Source: Podarcis bocagei
Taxonomy: Eukaryota
Assembly (NCBI GenBank): GCA_964188305.1
Contig: OZ076902.1
DNA: 64,000 bases
Reading direction: 5' to 3' (one strand)
Position 1 is the stretch's first letter. Each line of letters starts with the position of its first letter. The notes beneath the pieces are model-generated. The model was not told the origin of the DNA, searched no databases, and saw only the letters and a list, made by a program, of their open reading frames with translations. Shown here one piece after another: positions 22,986-36,400 of this stretch. Made by a program: the position numbers and the translations under genes.

Positions 22986-25900
22986 TACAGTAAATGGACA
23001 AAAGTACAAAGATTCATAAAACGTTTAGGGGTGTGCGTACCCCTGCACACCCCCAGGAACAAAAGCACTGGCCCTCTCCTCCACAAATGTGTCTAATCCT
23101 CTCCTAAAGCCACCTAGGACCCCCCCCCCACTCCCAGGTTTCAATCATCCAAGGGTCATTTAAATCCAACCCCCTGCGCAAATCTGCTTTTATAGCTGTC
23201 ACAAATTCCATGTTCTCATGTCATACATGTCATACAAACACACATGGGTATATGAAATACCCGGTGATCCTCAACAGCTGGTCCACAGCCCTAGATCCCC
23301 AAGCCTCCCAGCTTCTCCTAGGAATCGCTGACGCTGCTAGCTGGCATTTGGGTGGGAGACACAAGGACCTCTTTTTCAATGGTAAAGGCAAGTCAACAGT
23401 TTTGCTTACCACACTGCTTTTCATTCCTGCCATGCTGAGCTGGAAGCAAGTCGTCCTCCCACCCCAAGTTTCTAGTCCATGTTGAGGAAAGACAAAGGAA
23501 GCCTAATAGCTGCGCAGAACAGAACACAAACATCCAACGTGGATATTTCCCTCAGATGCTTACCTTGAGCTGACCCCAAGTCCCCCCTGAGTGATGGCAC
23601 TGGCATTCTCCATACACACTGGCTTCTCATGCCTAGAAAATCTGATTTTTGACTCCAACCCTCACTTTCCTCTTCTTTATGAGATAAGGAGTGAAGGCTG
23701 GTTCTGGCAGTTCCCAAGCAGGGCATAGGGATGACGTACCACCCCTTATCATTTGTCCTCAGCATCTGGCCTTCAGGGCTGAACATGGAGATTCCATTTC
23801 CCTATCATTCATTTTTATTGCCTTTGTAGCCCGTATTTTTCTCCCCTTTCTCAATTTAATCCCCACAACAACCCTGCAAGGTGAGGCTGAGAGGAATAGT
23901 GGCTGGTCCATGGTCGCCCATTGAGCTTTGTGGCTGAGTGGGGATTTGAACCCAGGTCTTCCAAGTCCTAGTCACTTCTCCACTCCTGGCTCTCGTAGGT
24001 GATAACTATGAACAGTTATCTGCTCCCCCGTGAGTTGTCCAACCCCCCACTTTAAAAAAAAACCCACTGCTATCATCACATTTAACTATGCAGTTGTCTG
24101 AAATTGTGGATCAGTCACATAGATCAATCACACCATTGATTTATAAATTTCTTTCATGCCGGCCACTCCTCCACCCCCAGTTATCTTTCTCCCCCCCCAA
24201 TCTAAAAAGCCCCCAATAGCCTTAGACTCTCCACACAGGGGAACTGCTCAAACCCCATCCCATCTGATGGGATGACCAGAACAACACACACTAGTTTTGA
24301 AATTTTAATGCTAGAGGAATCACATCAGGGACTCACAGCTAATGGACCAAAAAAGCTCGGAGAAATCCAAATTCGGTACCAGCAGTCAAAAGGGGCACAG
24401 TTAAGTCCTATATCTAATTCCATTGGTCCACCTAAAAGGGATACTGAAAGCTTAGCAGCTGTGGGTAAGACATTCTGGGGATGTAGGTTCCCTCTCTCCT
24501 GAGCTGGGCACAGCTGCACTGATTTGTAGAGAAAAAATCCCAATCTCCCTCTCCTCCCCAAAAGTTGCACTGTCTTCAAATTTAAGCCCATTTTAGAGCT
24601 GGGTAAACTGAGGCTCTCTGCTAAGGAATGGACGCAGGACCAGGCTGGTGCAGAGCAGCTGGCTTGATCCTCCTCCTTTTTCTCAACTCTGCCTGCTAAA
24701 GTCCTGCTTCTTGCGATAATGGCTGGCTACGCCAGGACCTTAAGGCCAGAATCATAGAACTGTAGAGAAGAAAAGGACCCCAGGGGTCATCTAGCCCAAC
24801 CCGCTGCAATCACAGCTAATAAATCCCTGATAGACAGCCATCCAACCTCAGGCTGAGATCCACTGGGTCCAGAGTGCCAAGGCTGTGAGGACCAGGCACA
24901 TCGATGCGCCCGGAAAGATTTTCAGCTGCATCCTGAAAAACTTTTGACCAAGGCAAGCTCAAAAGTTAGTTGTTGTTTTTTAAAATAACTCAACAGCTGG
25001 CACAGCAGGAAGGAAGGAAGGAAACCACCGCCCAGGCGAGAAGAATGAAAGGCAGGCAAGGAGGCCGAGGAGGCTGCCAGCTTGCAAGCAGTTACCTGCT
25101 CCAGAGAGGACGGACCCTGCGGGGCAGACCCCCCAATGAACCGCTACCAGCACTCCATCTTGTCCGAGTTGCGGGGCCTGCAGCAAGCTCAGTGTGTTTC
25201 TGTTTTCCCCCCTTAGTTTTTACTCCCCCCGCCCTCTTCTTCCCTAAGCTACATTCCTTGCCAGTTCTGGTGGCGGAGTGCCAGGCCGCCCTCCCCGTTG
25301 GCTGGAGTTTATGGGCGGAAGGGGAAGAAATGGGCCTCTCTCTCTTCGCAGAAGCCACCACCATCAGGAGCCAGAAATGCAATAAAAGAGCCCTCATTAT
25401 TCCTCCCTCCTAAAAGGCAGAAACCTAACGTGTCTTTTTAAACAGGGGATCTGCAGCTGGAGTGTGGAGGGGGGGGGGGGAGATGTGAGCCACAGCAGGT
25501 TCCTTGAGGACATTCGTTTTTGGGGTTAGGTTGTGGGGGGAGCACATTTTGGGGGGTCCCAGAGTTACACAGCCAGGTGTCAAGCTGAGAGCCTTTTGCA
25601 CTTTCTGAAGTGACCCAAAATTTCCGCTTCCAGATTTTTGAATTTTGAGAGACAGTTTCCACTGAAATAAGGCGGGCGTTAACTGAGGACTGGAACTCTC
25701 CAATCCAAAATGTCTCATATTATATAACTGAAATTGTAATTAAAAATACTGTAAACTATTATTGTTACTCCTAGCCAGTGCAGTGGGAGTACTGGGAGTG
25801 GGAGTACCGCTCTGCTTTCCTTTGGACCACATAGGCAAGACTGGGGGGGGGGGTCTTGTCATCTAGGCAGTCCTGGACCACCACGCACACTGCCCAGGCT

Positions 25901-26444
25901 TGCACCCTCATTTTGGTGCTGCTAATGGAGCAGTTTGACTTCACCCCTGGAGGCACATGGATGACAACAAGTTGTTTTGAACTGTTTTAAATGGGTGTTC
26001 TAATATTGCAACCCATCTCAGGGACTTAGGGTGAAGGGTGAGACTGGCTTCGCATTTCTGCCGTAGGGGCAATTAAGGATTTTTAAAGGGGTGGGAGAAG
26101 AAATCCCTTTAAAAAAAATTCCGCACTGAACAAAATGTCTGTGGAACATAGCCCTGACCCAGAATTCACAACCAGCTCCCTTCGAAGGAGGTTGGAAGAT
26201 GTTTTTGACAAAAAAGGTAACACAAAAGCCTCTTTCTGCTATTGTTGTGCGATCTGGGTCAGTTGACTGGGGAGACGGCTGTGGCGTTCTGCAGTGGGCA
26301 CAGAGGCTAAGTAAGTGATTTAAGGGCATCGCAGCAAGGCGTGGAGCTCAGCGCTGAGAGAGCTCATTGTAAAAAGGCAGGCTTCAGACCAGCTTCGGAG
26401 CAAAATCTTGCAAGAGGGAAAAAGCGACCCAAGTGTTGGGACTT

Positions 26445-26920
26445 TTAAATTTAGAGAAAAGGCAAGGAAGAGGCAACATGATAGAAGTTTATAAAATAAT
26501 GGATGTCATGGAGAAGGTCGATAGAGGATTATTATTATTTTTGCCCCTCTTATGACCACAGCTCGTGGACATCCAATGAAGTAGAATGTTGGAAAATTCA
26601 GGATGGATAAAAGGAATTCTTCACACAGCACGTAACCTGTGGAACTCTCTGCCACAGTAATGGTCAGCAACCTAGAAGGCTTTAAATGAGGATCAGGCAA
26701 GTTCAGGGAGAAGGCTAAGGATGGCTACTACTCTGTTCTGCCTCCAAAGCTGAGGGCAGGAAATGCTTCTGAATACATGAGGGAGGGAGGGCTCTGGGGC
26801 TCAGGTCCTGCTTGTGGAGTTCCCAGAAGGGGCACCTGGTTGGCCACTGTGAGAACAGGATCCTGGACTAGATGAGATCCCATTAGGTTGACCCAGCAGC
26901 CAGGCTCCTCCTATGTTCTT
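26445..26920 (+). mobile_element. CR1 LINE 3' fragment; shorter pieces near 5810, 8500, 10895, 22080, 28330 and 42950
   Basis: Same family as the 20.3-21.1 kb copy in opposite orientation (GGCCACTGTGAGAACAGGA...GGACTAGATG). Confidence 0.75.
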
Positions 26921-28147
26921 GAAGTGCAACCAGCAGAGCTTATGGGAGAGAAGCCACCCGGCATATTCCCCTTTTTCCAAGTGACAGGCATAGTGTTGGC
27001 TGAGACTGTTGTGAGTTGCAGCCCAAAACATCTGGAGGGAATTAAACTGGCCAAGGTTGGGCCAACTGAAGAGGTCGCAAAGCCAGAGTAACGTACACAG
27101 CAAGAATTAGCACAACGGCACAAAAAAACCCCTATGATCTAGCAGGTGTTGGCTAGGGCCAAGTCCCACTGAAATAGTGTTCAAGTCATGCCTAACTTAG
27201 AAGCACCACCGGGCTCCAGACCTGGTCTTGGTTGAGCTCAGCAAACCTAAGTGCTAGAGCTGTTTTCTCAAATCTCTGCTAAAACTTCCCAAATTAAAGT
27301 TGCAGGTCCAATTCAGTTGCACTCAAACATGTTTCGAGTAAGGATGATCTGCCGCTCAAAGGCAACACAGGCTGCACATGCTCAAGAGTGCAGAAGGCCA
27401 TCTGGACGCCACAGAAACTTGGCACACCCCCATGCTTTAAAGAGGAAGTTGGATCTTGCAAAGGGACACAGCATGCCTTAGAGTAGTGGTTTGTTTTTAA
27501 GCCCCATGGGAGTTCCACTTTGGTGGAAACTTAATTATGTTGCACACCCACATTTTCAGGGATTTAAAGTCCTGTCCACCCCTACAACAACAATATAATA
27601 ACAATTTATTATTTATACCCCACCCATCTGGCTGGGTTTCCCCAGCCACTCTGGGCGGCTTCCAACCAAATATTAAAAACAATACAGCACCAGACATTAA
27701 AAACTTCCCTAAACAGGGCCGCCTTCAGTTGTCTTTTAAAAGTAAAATATTTGTTGCCTTGACATCTGCTGGGAGGGCGTTCCAAAGGGCAGGGGCCACT
27801 ACCGAGAAGGCCCTCTGCATGGTTCCCTGTAACCTCACTATACTATAACCTATACTATAGGGTTGGGGCAGGATCCATCCCCAGATGGCAAGGAGGCCAG
27901 TCCAGATCAGAGAATCGGGCAGATGCCACAAGCAGCCTTCCTATGGATGGGCGATTTGGACTAACCCTCTTTTTTTAAAGTTGGGCATGGGCAAACTCTC
28001 TTGGGTACGCCCTGCTTGTTTCAGAATCAACTGGAAAAAAGAACAACTCTTTGTAGAGGGAAAAGTGGGAGGAAATCAAGGGGTTCCCCAGCCCACCTTT
28101 GCCCCCATCTCATCCCCTATAACTCAGACCACATGAAGGCTCAAGAG

Positions 28148-28283
28148 CAGGCATCCCCAACCTTCAGCCCCCCAGATGTTTTCACCTACAACTCCCATGA
28201 TCCCTAGCTAACAGGACCAGTGGTCAGAGATGATGGGAATTGTAGTCCAAAACATCTGGAGGGCCAAATGTTGGGAATACCTC
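28148..28283. mobile_element. Palindromic hAT-type MITE; related copies near 15493, 27000, 51660 and 59270
   Basis: Internal inverted repeat CTACAACTCCCA/TGGGAATTGTAG; 8-bp TSD CTCAAGAG. Confidence 0.8.
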
Positions 28284-28806
28284 CTCAAGAGAGTCACCAG
28301 CAAACCAGAATACAGGGAAGAGTTGGAAGCCATAAGAACCTGCTGGGTCAGGCCAATGTCCCACCTAGTCTAGCACCCTCCTCTCAAGGGGCCAAGCAGA
28401 TACCCCAAAGGGAAACCCCCAAGCAGGACCCAAGCACAAGAGCCATCGCCCTTCCTCAGGCTTCTAGCAACTGGTATTCAGAAGCACTGCTTCCTCTGTC
28501 TGTGGAGGCACAGCATAACCATCAATAGCCCTCTCCTCCATGAAGTTCAATCCTCTTTTAAAGCCATGCAAGTTGGTGGCCATCTCTGCCTCCTGTGGGA
28601 GGGAGTTCCGTAGTTCAACATCCAAGGCCCCTGGCTTGGCATCTTTGCTCAGTTGACTCAAGTTAGGGCGCAGGTTGTGTGGACCGCTGATGGCTTTCCC
28701 CACCTCAATGGAACACACCATCGCAGGAAAAGAAGTATAAACCACATCCCTCCTCTCCAATAAAATACAAGTGACCACGGATAAAGATTTACAAACATCT
28801 TGCATT

Positions 28807-28812
28807 TTTATT
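28807..28812 (-). terminator. Likely SMG5 polyadenylation signal (AATAAA)
   Basis: First canonical AATAAA/ATTAAA I find on the minus strand after the SMG5 stop, followed by U/GU-rich sequence. Confidence 0.55.
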
Positions 28813-31800
28813 AAGCCAGTCGATGTGTTCCAATCTTACATAGTGGAGGGCCGTATACCAGTAAGTCAGGAGCCAGTTCACATCTCTTCCTCCTCCCGCC
28901 CAACTCATACTGAGAAGAGCTTTATATGGATGCTCAGATATGGCTCCTGGCCACCTTAAGGACTGCAGATCTCGTAACACGCCCCCCTTCCCACCGACTT
29001 TTGAACTCCCCACGCTTTTCAGAGAAGCTGCAGTTTGGGCCATGCCCCACACCGTTTCTGCTGTAGTCCAAGTCTTTGGAAGCAGCCAGCTCTGGTGCGC
29101 AAACTGGCATCAGTGGCAGCTCCCCCCCCCCCCATTTCTCTCCTGCCACGTTTTCCCAGCCAGAGAATCTCGGCTGGATTTTTTTCTCCCTTTCTAGATG
29201 CAGAGAACACGCACACAACATTTAAGGAACAGAGTTAAGCGATGGAAGCAGGAAGAAAAGAACTGGAGGGCTATTTGGCACAGCCTACAAGGGTATCTAT
29301 AGAATTCAAACCCATGTTTCCATCCATGGCTAATGTCCCATGTGAAACACACACACACACACACACTTCTGATGACAGCCCAAAAGATCAGGTTTACTTG
29401 GGTGGATAAGCAGCAGAAACCCCAATTTCCGGGAACATAAAATATTAAGATGGATTTCCCACATGGTTTCTCTCTTCCTGCTTAGCCAGAGTTGTTGGGG
29501 CTCTCGAGAATCATCACCAGGGCCAGAGCTTGGTTGTACATCATTGGGTTAGGAAAAGAAACTCCCCCCCCAAACAGTAGACTCAAATGTGCCCGCTGTG
29601 CCTTTGACCTTTGCCATGTGCTAAGCATTAGGTAGAAGCAGCTCATACAAAGGAGACCTTACACATTTACCATCTCTTCTTCCTTCTGACAAGCAAGTCA
29701 CAGACTCCCAAAAAAGTGAGGACGGAAAGAGGGAACCTTTTTAAAAAAGAGAGAAAATCCAACCAGAATTGTTTTACTGCTTACTAGGAGTTAGGCTACG
29801 CTGCAGAGATGGTCTAAAGGTGGGTGCGATACTGATGGTGTAGCCCAAGAAAGATGTTTCAAAATCCCTTTACTCCTCCATCCACTTAGAGGAAAACAAA
29901 GGGCCTGGCCCCATCAGCACCTGCTGCTGAATGTTTGATGGGTAAACAGGTTGGATTTCAAAGCTGAAGGCCACAGGGGCTGCTGTTGGAAGCCAAGTAG
30001 GGTGCCGACAGAGCTGGTTGCAAATTTGGCAGGATCTGTTTCCTCAGTAGTAATAATGATGATGATAAATTTCCACACTAAACCCTGCTTCCAAAAGAAA
30101 CAAGGCTCCAGGCTTGAAACCTCACCTTTTCTTTTTCTTTAGATCAGCCTGGACCTCCTTGGCAAGAGTTACTTTTGGGTGAAGTAATAATCTCCAAATG
30201 GAGGCAGAAATGTCAGAATTTACATTTAAAACATCCAATTAGCTTGAGCCGATTATTTTCCCCCCAAGTGCTTTTTGGGGGGTTCATTTATAATTTGTAA
30301 TCTAATTTTAACTTCTCCAAAACAGTGGCCCAACAAACAGCACATACACACACATGTGCACACACACACATACGCAATGCAGAAAATGTACAGAAGTACT
30401 TTTTGTTGGAAGCTCTTTCGAGAGTTCTGGTGGGCCATTCAGACCTCTTTTGATACTCCTTCAAATCCTCTAATACCTATTTGCTCTGGCAGTCCAGCTC
30501 ACCATTTCTGTAAAATCCCTGTTCAATTCACAAAGGGTCCACCTGCACCTTCTCCAGCTGCAGGAGGAGCAAGGGAGGGAAGAGAGGTTCTGCCAAACCT
30601 TACCCTGCAGGATAGGAGCATTCAACTGCCTGCACTTCAGAAGGGCAGGATTCTTCCCACAGCCAAACCCTTGGAGAATCCTTAGTTACTTGCTTCTCAA
30701 AGTACAAAGAGGACTTCAGTGCTGCAAAAGTACCTTACACAGCTGGTGGGCTGCACTCAGCTTGCAGAACTACATACACTCTTCTTTTTAAAAATGTCCA
30801 TTTTATGTCGAGTCATTTTGCCCTGCCCCCCGGTTTTAAAACATATCACTCAGGTAACAACTCCATTTCTTGATTCTACTGCCTCTTCCACCAAGGCTAA
30901 AACTTGCCCCTCACAACTACAAAGTGGTCTAGTTTGCTGGCATTTCTGAAGTCTGCACATGCTTGTGTAACTTCCTCTCCTCTCCTTGGCCCGTTTTGCA
31001 TCATGGAAGCTCTTCCCCTGCCTTCTGCTTCACCATTTCAAGCAGAACAGCCCAGAATCCCTTAAAAAAAACATAAAACCCCAAAGCAAAACCAGGAGGG
31101 AGCAGGTGAGGAACAACCCCCCCCCTTTTTTTCAGTGTATCCTCTTGGAGGCAAATGATGGGACTCGTGTTTGGTTGCTATTTTGAGAGTGCTAGGATGG
31201 CTTAAAAAATTATCAAGCACGTGCTAAGCCAGAGAAATCTAACCTATGGTTCCCAAGGGGTGGCGGCTGTGCTGTCGCCTTCCTGCCAAAGGTAGGGGCA
31301 TAACGGAAGCAGCGAAGAATTTCATCCTGGGTGCCTTGTTAGGGGTGGGAAGGACGCCTGGGAACAGCATAAAATGTTCGAATGTTTGGGGCCAAACCCC
31401 ATTAATGGAAAACTCAAAAGCTTAAGAAACACAACCTGATTAAAAAGAGATCGAGAGAAGCAGGCGGCGAGGGCCAAATACAGAACCTGCAGAAAACCAT
31501 CCAAGATGGCAGGCACTGGATGGCCCACAAAGCCACCAGAGGCATCGCTGCCTTGGAGGAAACCACACCTGGCTCTCCAAGAAAACAAGAGTGGGGTAAG
31601 GGGGAGGCCTGGCTGGCAACTCACCCATTTCCTATTTGCCTGGCGGAAGGGAAGTGGAATGCAGAAGGAAGTCCTCGCAGGAAACTGCTTCCAAGCCCTT
31701 CCAGTCTCTTCCCTTCCCAGAGGGTGTCAAAACCAGGCCTGGGGGTGGGGAAGGAAGACTTGGGAGGTGTATAGGGCAAAAGCTTATTAGGCCCTGAGGT

Positions 31801-33348
31801 GGTCCGGCCCCCGTAAGAAAAAGCTAGCTTCAAGAAGAAATGGTTTGCCACTACCTGCATCTTTCCAACAGTGACCCCTTTGGCAGGCTCAACATAAAAC
31901 ACTGGCAAATGCGGAAGGGAGTCAGGCGTAGAGAACCCATTCAGGAACCTCAACACTCAGACCTTAGTTAACCCTTCCTGGTTTATGGTATTTCAGAGGA
32001 GGCAGAGAATACTAGGGGAAGGGAGGCCCCATGGCTTTCTCTGTGGCAAAGGGATACCGTCAGGTTTCCTCCTTCTCCTGCTTAGCCTGCAAAGCCCCCC
32101 TTCACTCCTCTCCAATAGCTCTGCACAAGAGCTAGGCCTTCATCCCTCCTACAACAGCCACAAGGAGCCAGAGAAAATAGGGTTTGTTTGTTTTTCAGGG
32201 CAAACCAAGAAACCCAAAGCAAGCCCAATAGAAGGGCCACCATTTTCTAGTTACCTGTTGTCTGGTGAACAGGGGAATAGAAAGGGGAGGCAGGCGGAAC
32301 AGCACCATGCAGACGGTCGCTTAACCCCAGGGAATGAAAGGAGAGCTGTAATGTGGGGTTTGTTTCCTCCCTGGCTCAAGCAGCCCAAGATGGTCTATGA
32401 CACCACTCACAAAACGCAACACTTTATGAGAAAAGCAAGGCGTGGGAAGATGGTGCGGTTTTTGGACAGGCAGAGTGGAGGGTGCAGAAAGGGAGGGGAA
32501 TGAGGCCCACTGTTTCCTTTTCACAGCTAAGTCTTCCCACCCCCACCCACAAGGAAATAAATAATGTTTTCATTCGGAAGCTTCTTATAGAGAGCTGTTT
32601 TGCTTTGCTGAGACAGGATCACTGTTCCCCTGCCACCTTGACATCTTTCAAACACTCAAAGGTGAAGAACCCTCCCCGGTTTTGGGGGGAAGGGGGAGAC
32701 AAGGGAGGGGAAAGGGAAAAAAACAACACAAGAGGCATGGTCACTAAGCATAAAAAAGAAAAACACAATAAGGGGAAGGGGCGGAAATGAAATAAAAATG
32801 GGAGAGAAAACGTCCTCCTCCCCATCACCAGATTCTGAAAGAGCCTCCTGCAAATCCTGATCCCCTCTCTCAGGATCACCGGCTCTTTCGCAGCGTGGAT
32901 CCGGTGGCAAAAAGTCACAAATGTCGTGTTTTTGTTTCAAGCGTAGGCGACAAGCTGCCTGCAGGATCCTGGAGACGAGAAACCAAGCAAGCTTTTTGGA
33001 GATGAATGGAGGCCCTCCCTCCCACCGCTCACACCCGTCCCCATCAGCTTGGAGAAAAGGAGACCACCTCTCCTCTGTCCGGCCGAGATCCGTCTCTCTT
33101 CCCCAAGCGGCTGCGTGGTCTGCCACAGACGCCGCCCGTTTGGTGAGATGGGGAGGGGATGGCGGGGGTGTGGATGTGGGGTGGTGTTTCGTGCACACGC
33201 CCAGCTGCTTGTTTTTCATGGATTGCCGCGACGGCGGCAGCTGCTTCGTGTCCAAATATCGCCTGTGGTTTTGACTTCTTTCGTTCCAACGCTGCGCGTC
33301 CAAAGACGGGGAGACAGAGCTTCAACCAACCCAGCGGCTTCTCTCCCC

Positions 33349-33432
33349 TCAACCCATTTCCTTCCACTGCTTGTAGAATTCCAGAACGTTCTTTATCTCG
33401 ACGCTGGCGTTGGCTGCCGCCTGGATCGCAGA
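33349..33432 (-). CDS. SMG5: SMG5 exon 22, coding part (SAIQAAANASVEIKNVLEFYKQWKEMG*)
   Basis: cag| acceptor; TGA at 33351-33349; 84 nt. Confidence 0.96.
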   Translation of the reverse strand, partial: SAIQAAANASVEIKNVLEFYKQWKEMG

Positions 33433-36400
33433 CTGGGGAAAGAACAAGGGAGTTGGGATCCAAGTGCAGTAAGGCCCTGGAGGGGAGGTGCTGGTCTTTG
33501 CATCTCGCCCAGTAACTCTTAGCTACCCATGATGTACCCATCCTCACCACCCTGAATCTCAGGCCTTTCTAGCCTTGAATTCTGTCTTCCAACAGTATCT
33601 GGGCAGCTGAATCCTGGGGAAATCACAGGCAGAACATGGTGGTGAAATTGCTCACTTGCTGCCAGCAACAATTAAATAGTAAAAATGGAACCTTGCCTCC
33701 TGGCAGATTAACCAGCTGCAAGCCTACCCCACCATGTCCCCAGTTACTTTCAACCACTACTTTGCACTCATCGCGTGGCAATGAGTTCTGCAGGTATACA
33801 TTTTGTTTTCGTGAGTGGTACTCTCTCTCTATTTCAATAGACAACACTGCTTTTAAAAAAAGTATTCCATCCTCCAAGTCGAAATATCATCACGAAGCCG
33901 GAACAGTTTGGTTTCAGACCACACTCACCTTCATGGGTGCAGAAAGCTTGCTTGGGTCATCCAGCTGGAAGCCTGTGAGGATGGTCACCATCCCACTGGA
34001 GTCATCTTCGCTGCCCCCTTGAGAGGTTGTCAGCTGTTTGCAGCTATCGAGTATCTTATAGAGGTTCCTGTTATATTAGTATTGAGGCAAAAGAGAGAAA
34101 ACAGTGCCACCATTTGGCTTAGTAAAAACAGCTCTCTGCTTGTGAATGCAGCTTTGCTTAAAATTTGAGGCAGGTTGAAGCAAATGCTTACCAAGCATCT
34201 AGATCTTGCCTCTTCAGTTTATGCCTCTCAAAGCTTTTCCCAACTTCTTTCTGGCAGCGGATGTACCTAGAGACAGAAGATCACACATTGGGTGGATGTG
34301 TGCGTGAGTGCAATGCTGATCAGGCTACTTCTGCAGCACAGCTGAAATTGCAAAGTAATTTGCAGTACATTTATGCATATTTATCCCAATAACCCTGCTA
34401 AGCAGTGTCCGTGTTTTGCAGGTGAGAGAAGCCAGTTGTTAAAGGAAGATTTGCTCAATGACCAATATCAAGCCGAGAGAGAATCTGAACCCAGCTCTTC
34501 CCAAAAGCTTCATCAAAGTTAAAAGGCTCCACCTGGCAGTGGTGGCCCTACAGTTGTGGGGTCCCTCCTTGGAGAACTCTGCTCAAATCCCTTGCTTGAG
34601 ACCCTACAATATTTTACTGCAATTTTATCAGAAGCTGCTTTTTACTGTATGGTGTTTATTCCACTGTTGTACTGCATTTAAGTTTTATGGTAAGCTGACT
34701 TATAAAGACTTGACCTAAAAGGTGGAGCAGAAATCAAAAGAAACAAAATACAGTGGTACCTTGGTTTACAACCATAATCTGTTCTGGAGGTCTGTTTGTA
34801 AACCAAAACAGGTTGTAACCCACGGCACGCTTTTGCCAATGGGGCCTCCAAAAAAAAATTGTTTGTAATCTAAAAAAAGTTTGCAAACCAGGACACGCAC
34901 TTGCAGGTTTGATGTGTTTGTAATCCAAAACATATGCAAACCAAACTGTTTGCAAACCAAGGTACTACTGTAAATATTTATTATTAAAAACATCAAATGC
35001 CTGCACACCTATACTGGGAAAGGGATGGAGGTGCAATGTTCAAATTTTTATTGCAAACAGGTATTCACATTCAAGGGCAGGACCCAAACAGCTGTTTTAC
35101 ATATGAGAACTGCAGCCTGATCAGGGTGTATATGTAAAATACAACCTAACGACCCATCCCAAGAGAGGCTGCTTCTTAAGCACGGTTCTTTATTACCTGT
35201 TCCAGTGTACAATGAAAATGAATACTGTTGACCAGGGGGCTCAACCTACCTGTTTCCCTTTTTAAATTCTGCCTCTAGATATCGGATGCTGTCACGAGCT
35301 CCCGCATTCTCTTTCTTCAGGAAGTCTAAGCCATCAATTACTAAGGATCAAAGAAAAACAAGATGGTTACATCTTCTGCTTCCCTTAAGGCAGAGGTTCC
35401 CAACTTTTCTGGTCACTGCCCCCTTGGTTCCACAAGCTCATCCCCAGTGCCCACTACCCTATAAAAAGCATTGTTCAGAACAGCGGTTTGCACAACCCGC
35501 TAAGAAACACACAGTAAATAGTTAACAACCACACATTTATTAAAGCTCCAATTTAAACTGGTTAGTTTAATTGTCAACAAAGTAGATGAGCCTGCACTGG
35601 TTATACAGCTGCCCAACTGCCTCTTAGCACCCCCCCCCCAGGTAATCCCACTGCTCGGCTCGCTCACCCCTCCCCCGGGCAATCAACCCTTTCACTACCT
35701 GGCAACAGCAATTGTCCTGCTCAGGATCCCAGCCCTGTGGTGGGAGGGGCCTCTTACCTGTCCGTGGGATGATCACAATAAACCTTCCACTGGCAGCCAG
35801 CTGCCTGATGGTGCAGAGGTGCTGGCAGAGAGCCTGGGTGTCGGGGACCAGGTAGGGCGACATCACACACTGTGCTTTGGGCTGCTGGAGGCTCCCTTCC
35901 AGCTGCGACACCTCCAGCTGGGGAAAGAGAGAAGGAAGCAGGAGCCTTTAGGGAAGAAACTCTGAGCAAGAGCACCAAATCCATTAAGGAGTGTTCTCAG
36001 TGGCCCACCCTGTGTTGTCAGATGACCAGCCCATCCAGCAGAGTACAAGAAGTTTTATGTAGCAGGGTGCAGGTTCAACCCCACACAACTCCAGGTAGCG
36101 AAGCTGGGGAAAAGACTCTTCTCTGCTAGAGACTCTGAAAAGGACAAGACTATACTGGGATTTGTATGGTTTGACTCAGTTCGTGGCAAGATTTCACAGA
36201 ACCGGCTTCAGCAAGAATCCAGAGTCTCAGGCAGGAAATCTTTCTCAAAACAAACTGCTCAAGATCATCTTTTAACAGGATAAATCAGGGACTGAACGAT
36301 GCGTATAAAGCATATGCTCTGGCCTTTCCTCTCCCTGCATGGTTGTGTAGGTCACTGTATTTTTTAGTTATTTCATAAAATGTATTCACTGTTTGATATT

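Larger units (their letters stand above)
22271..23070. mobile_element. Non-autonomous hAT element hosting two nested MITEs
   Basis: TIR CAGTGCTTT...AAAGCACTG; perfect 8-bp TSD GCCCTCTC at 22263-22270 and 23071-23078; interrupts a CR1 fragment. Confidence 0.85.

Noticed and set aside
31985-33550. ORFs of 100-215 aa after the SMG5 stop
   Set aside because: No recognisable protein motifs; they lie mostly in the inferred 3'UTR
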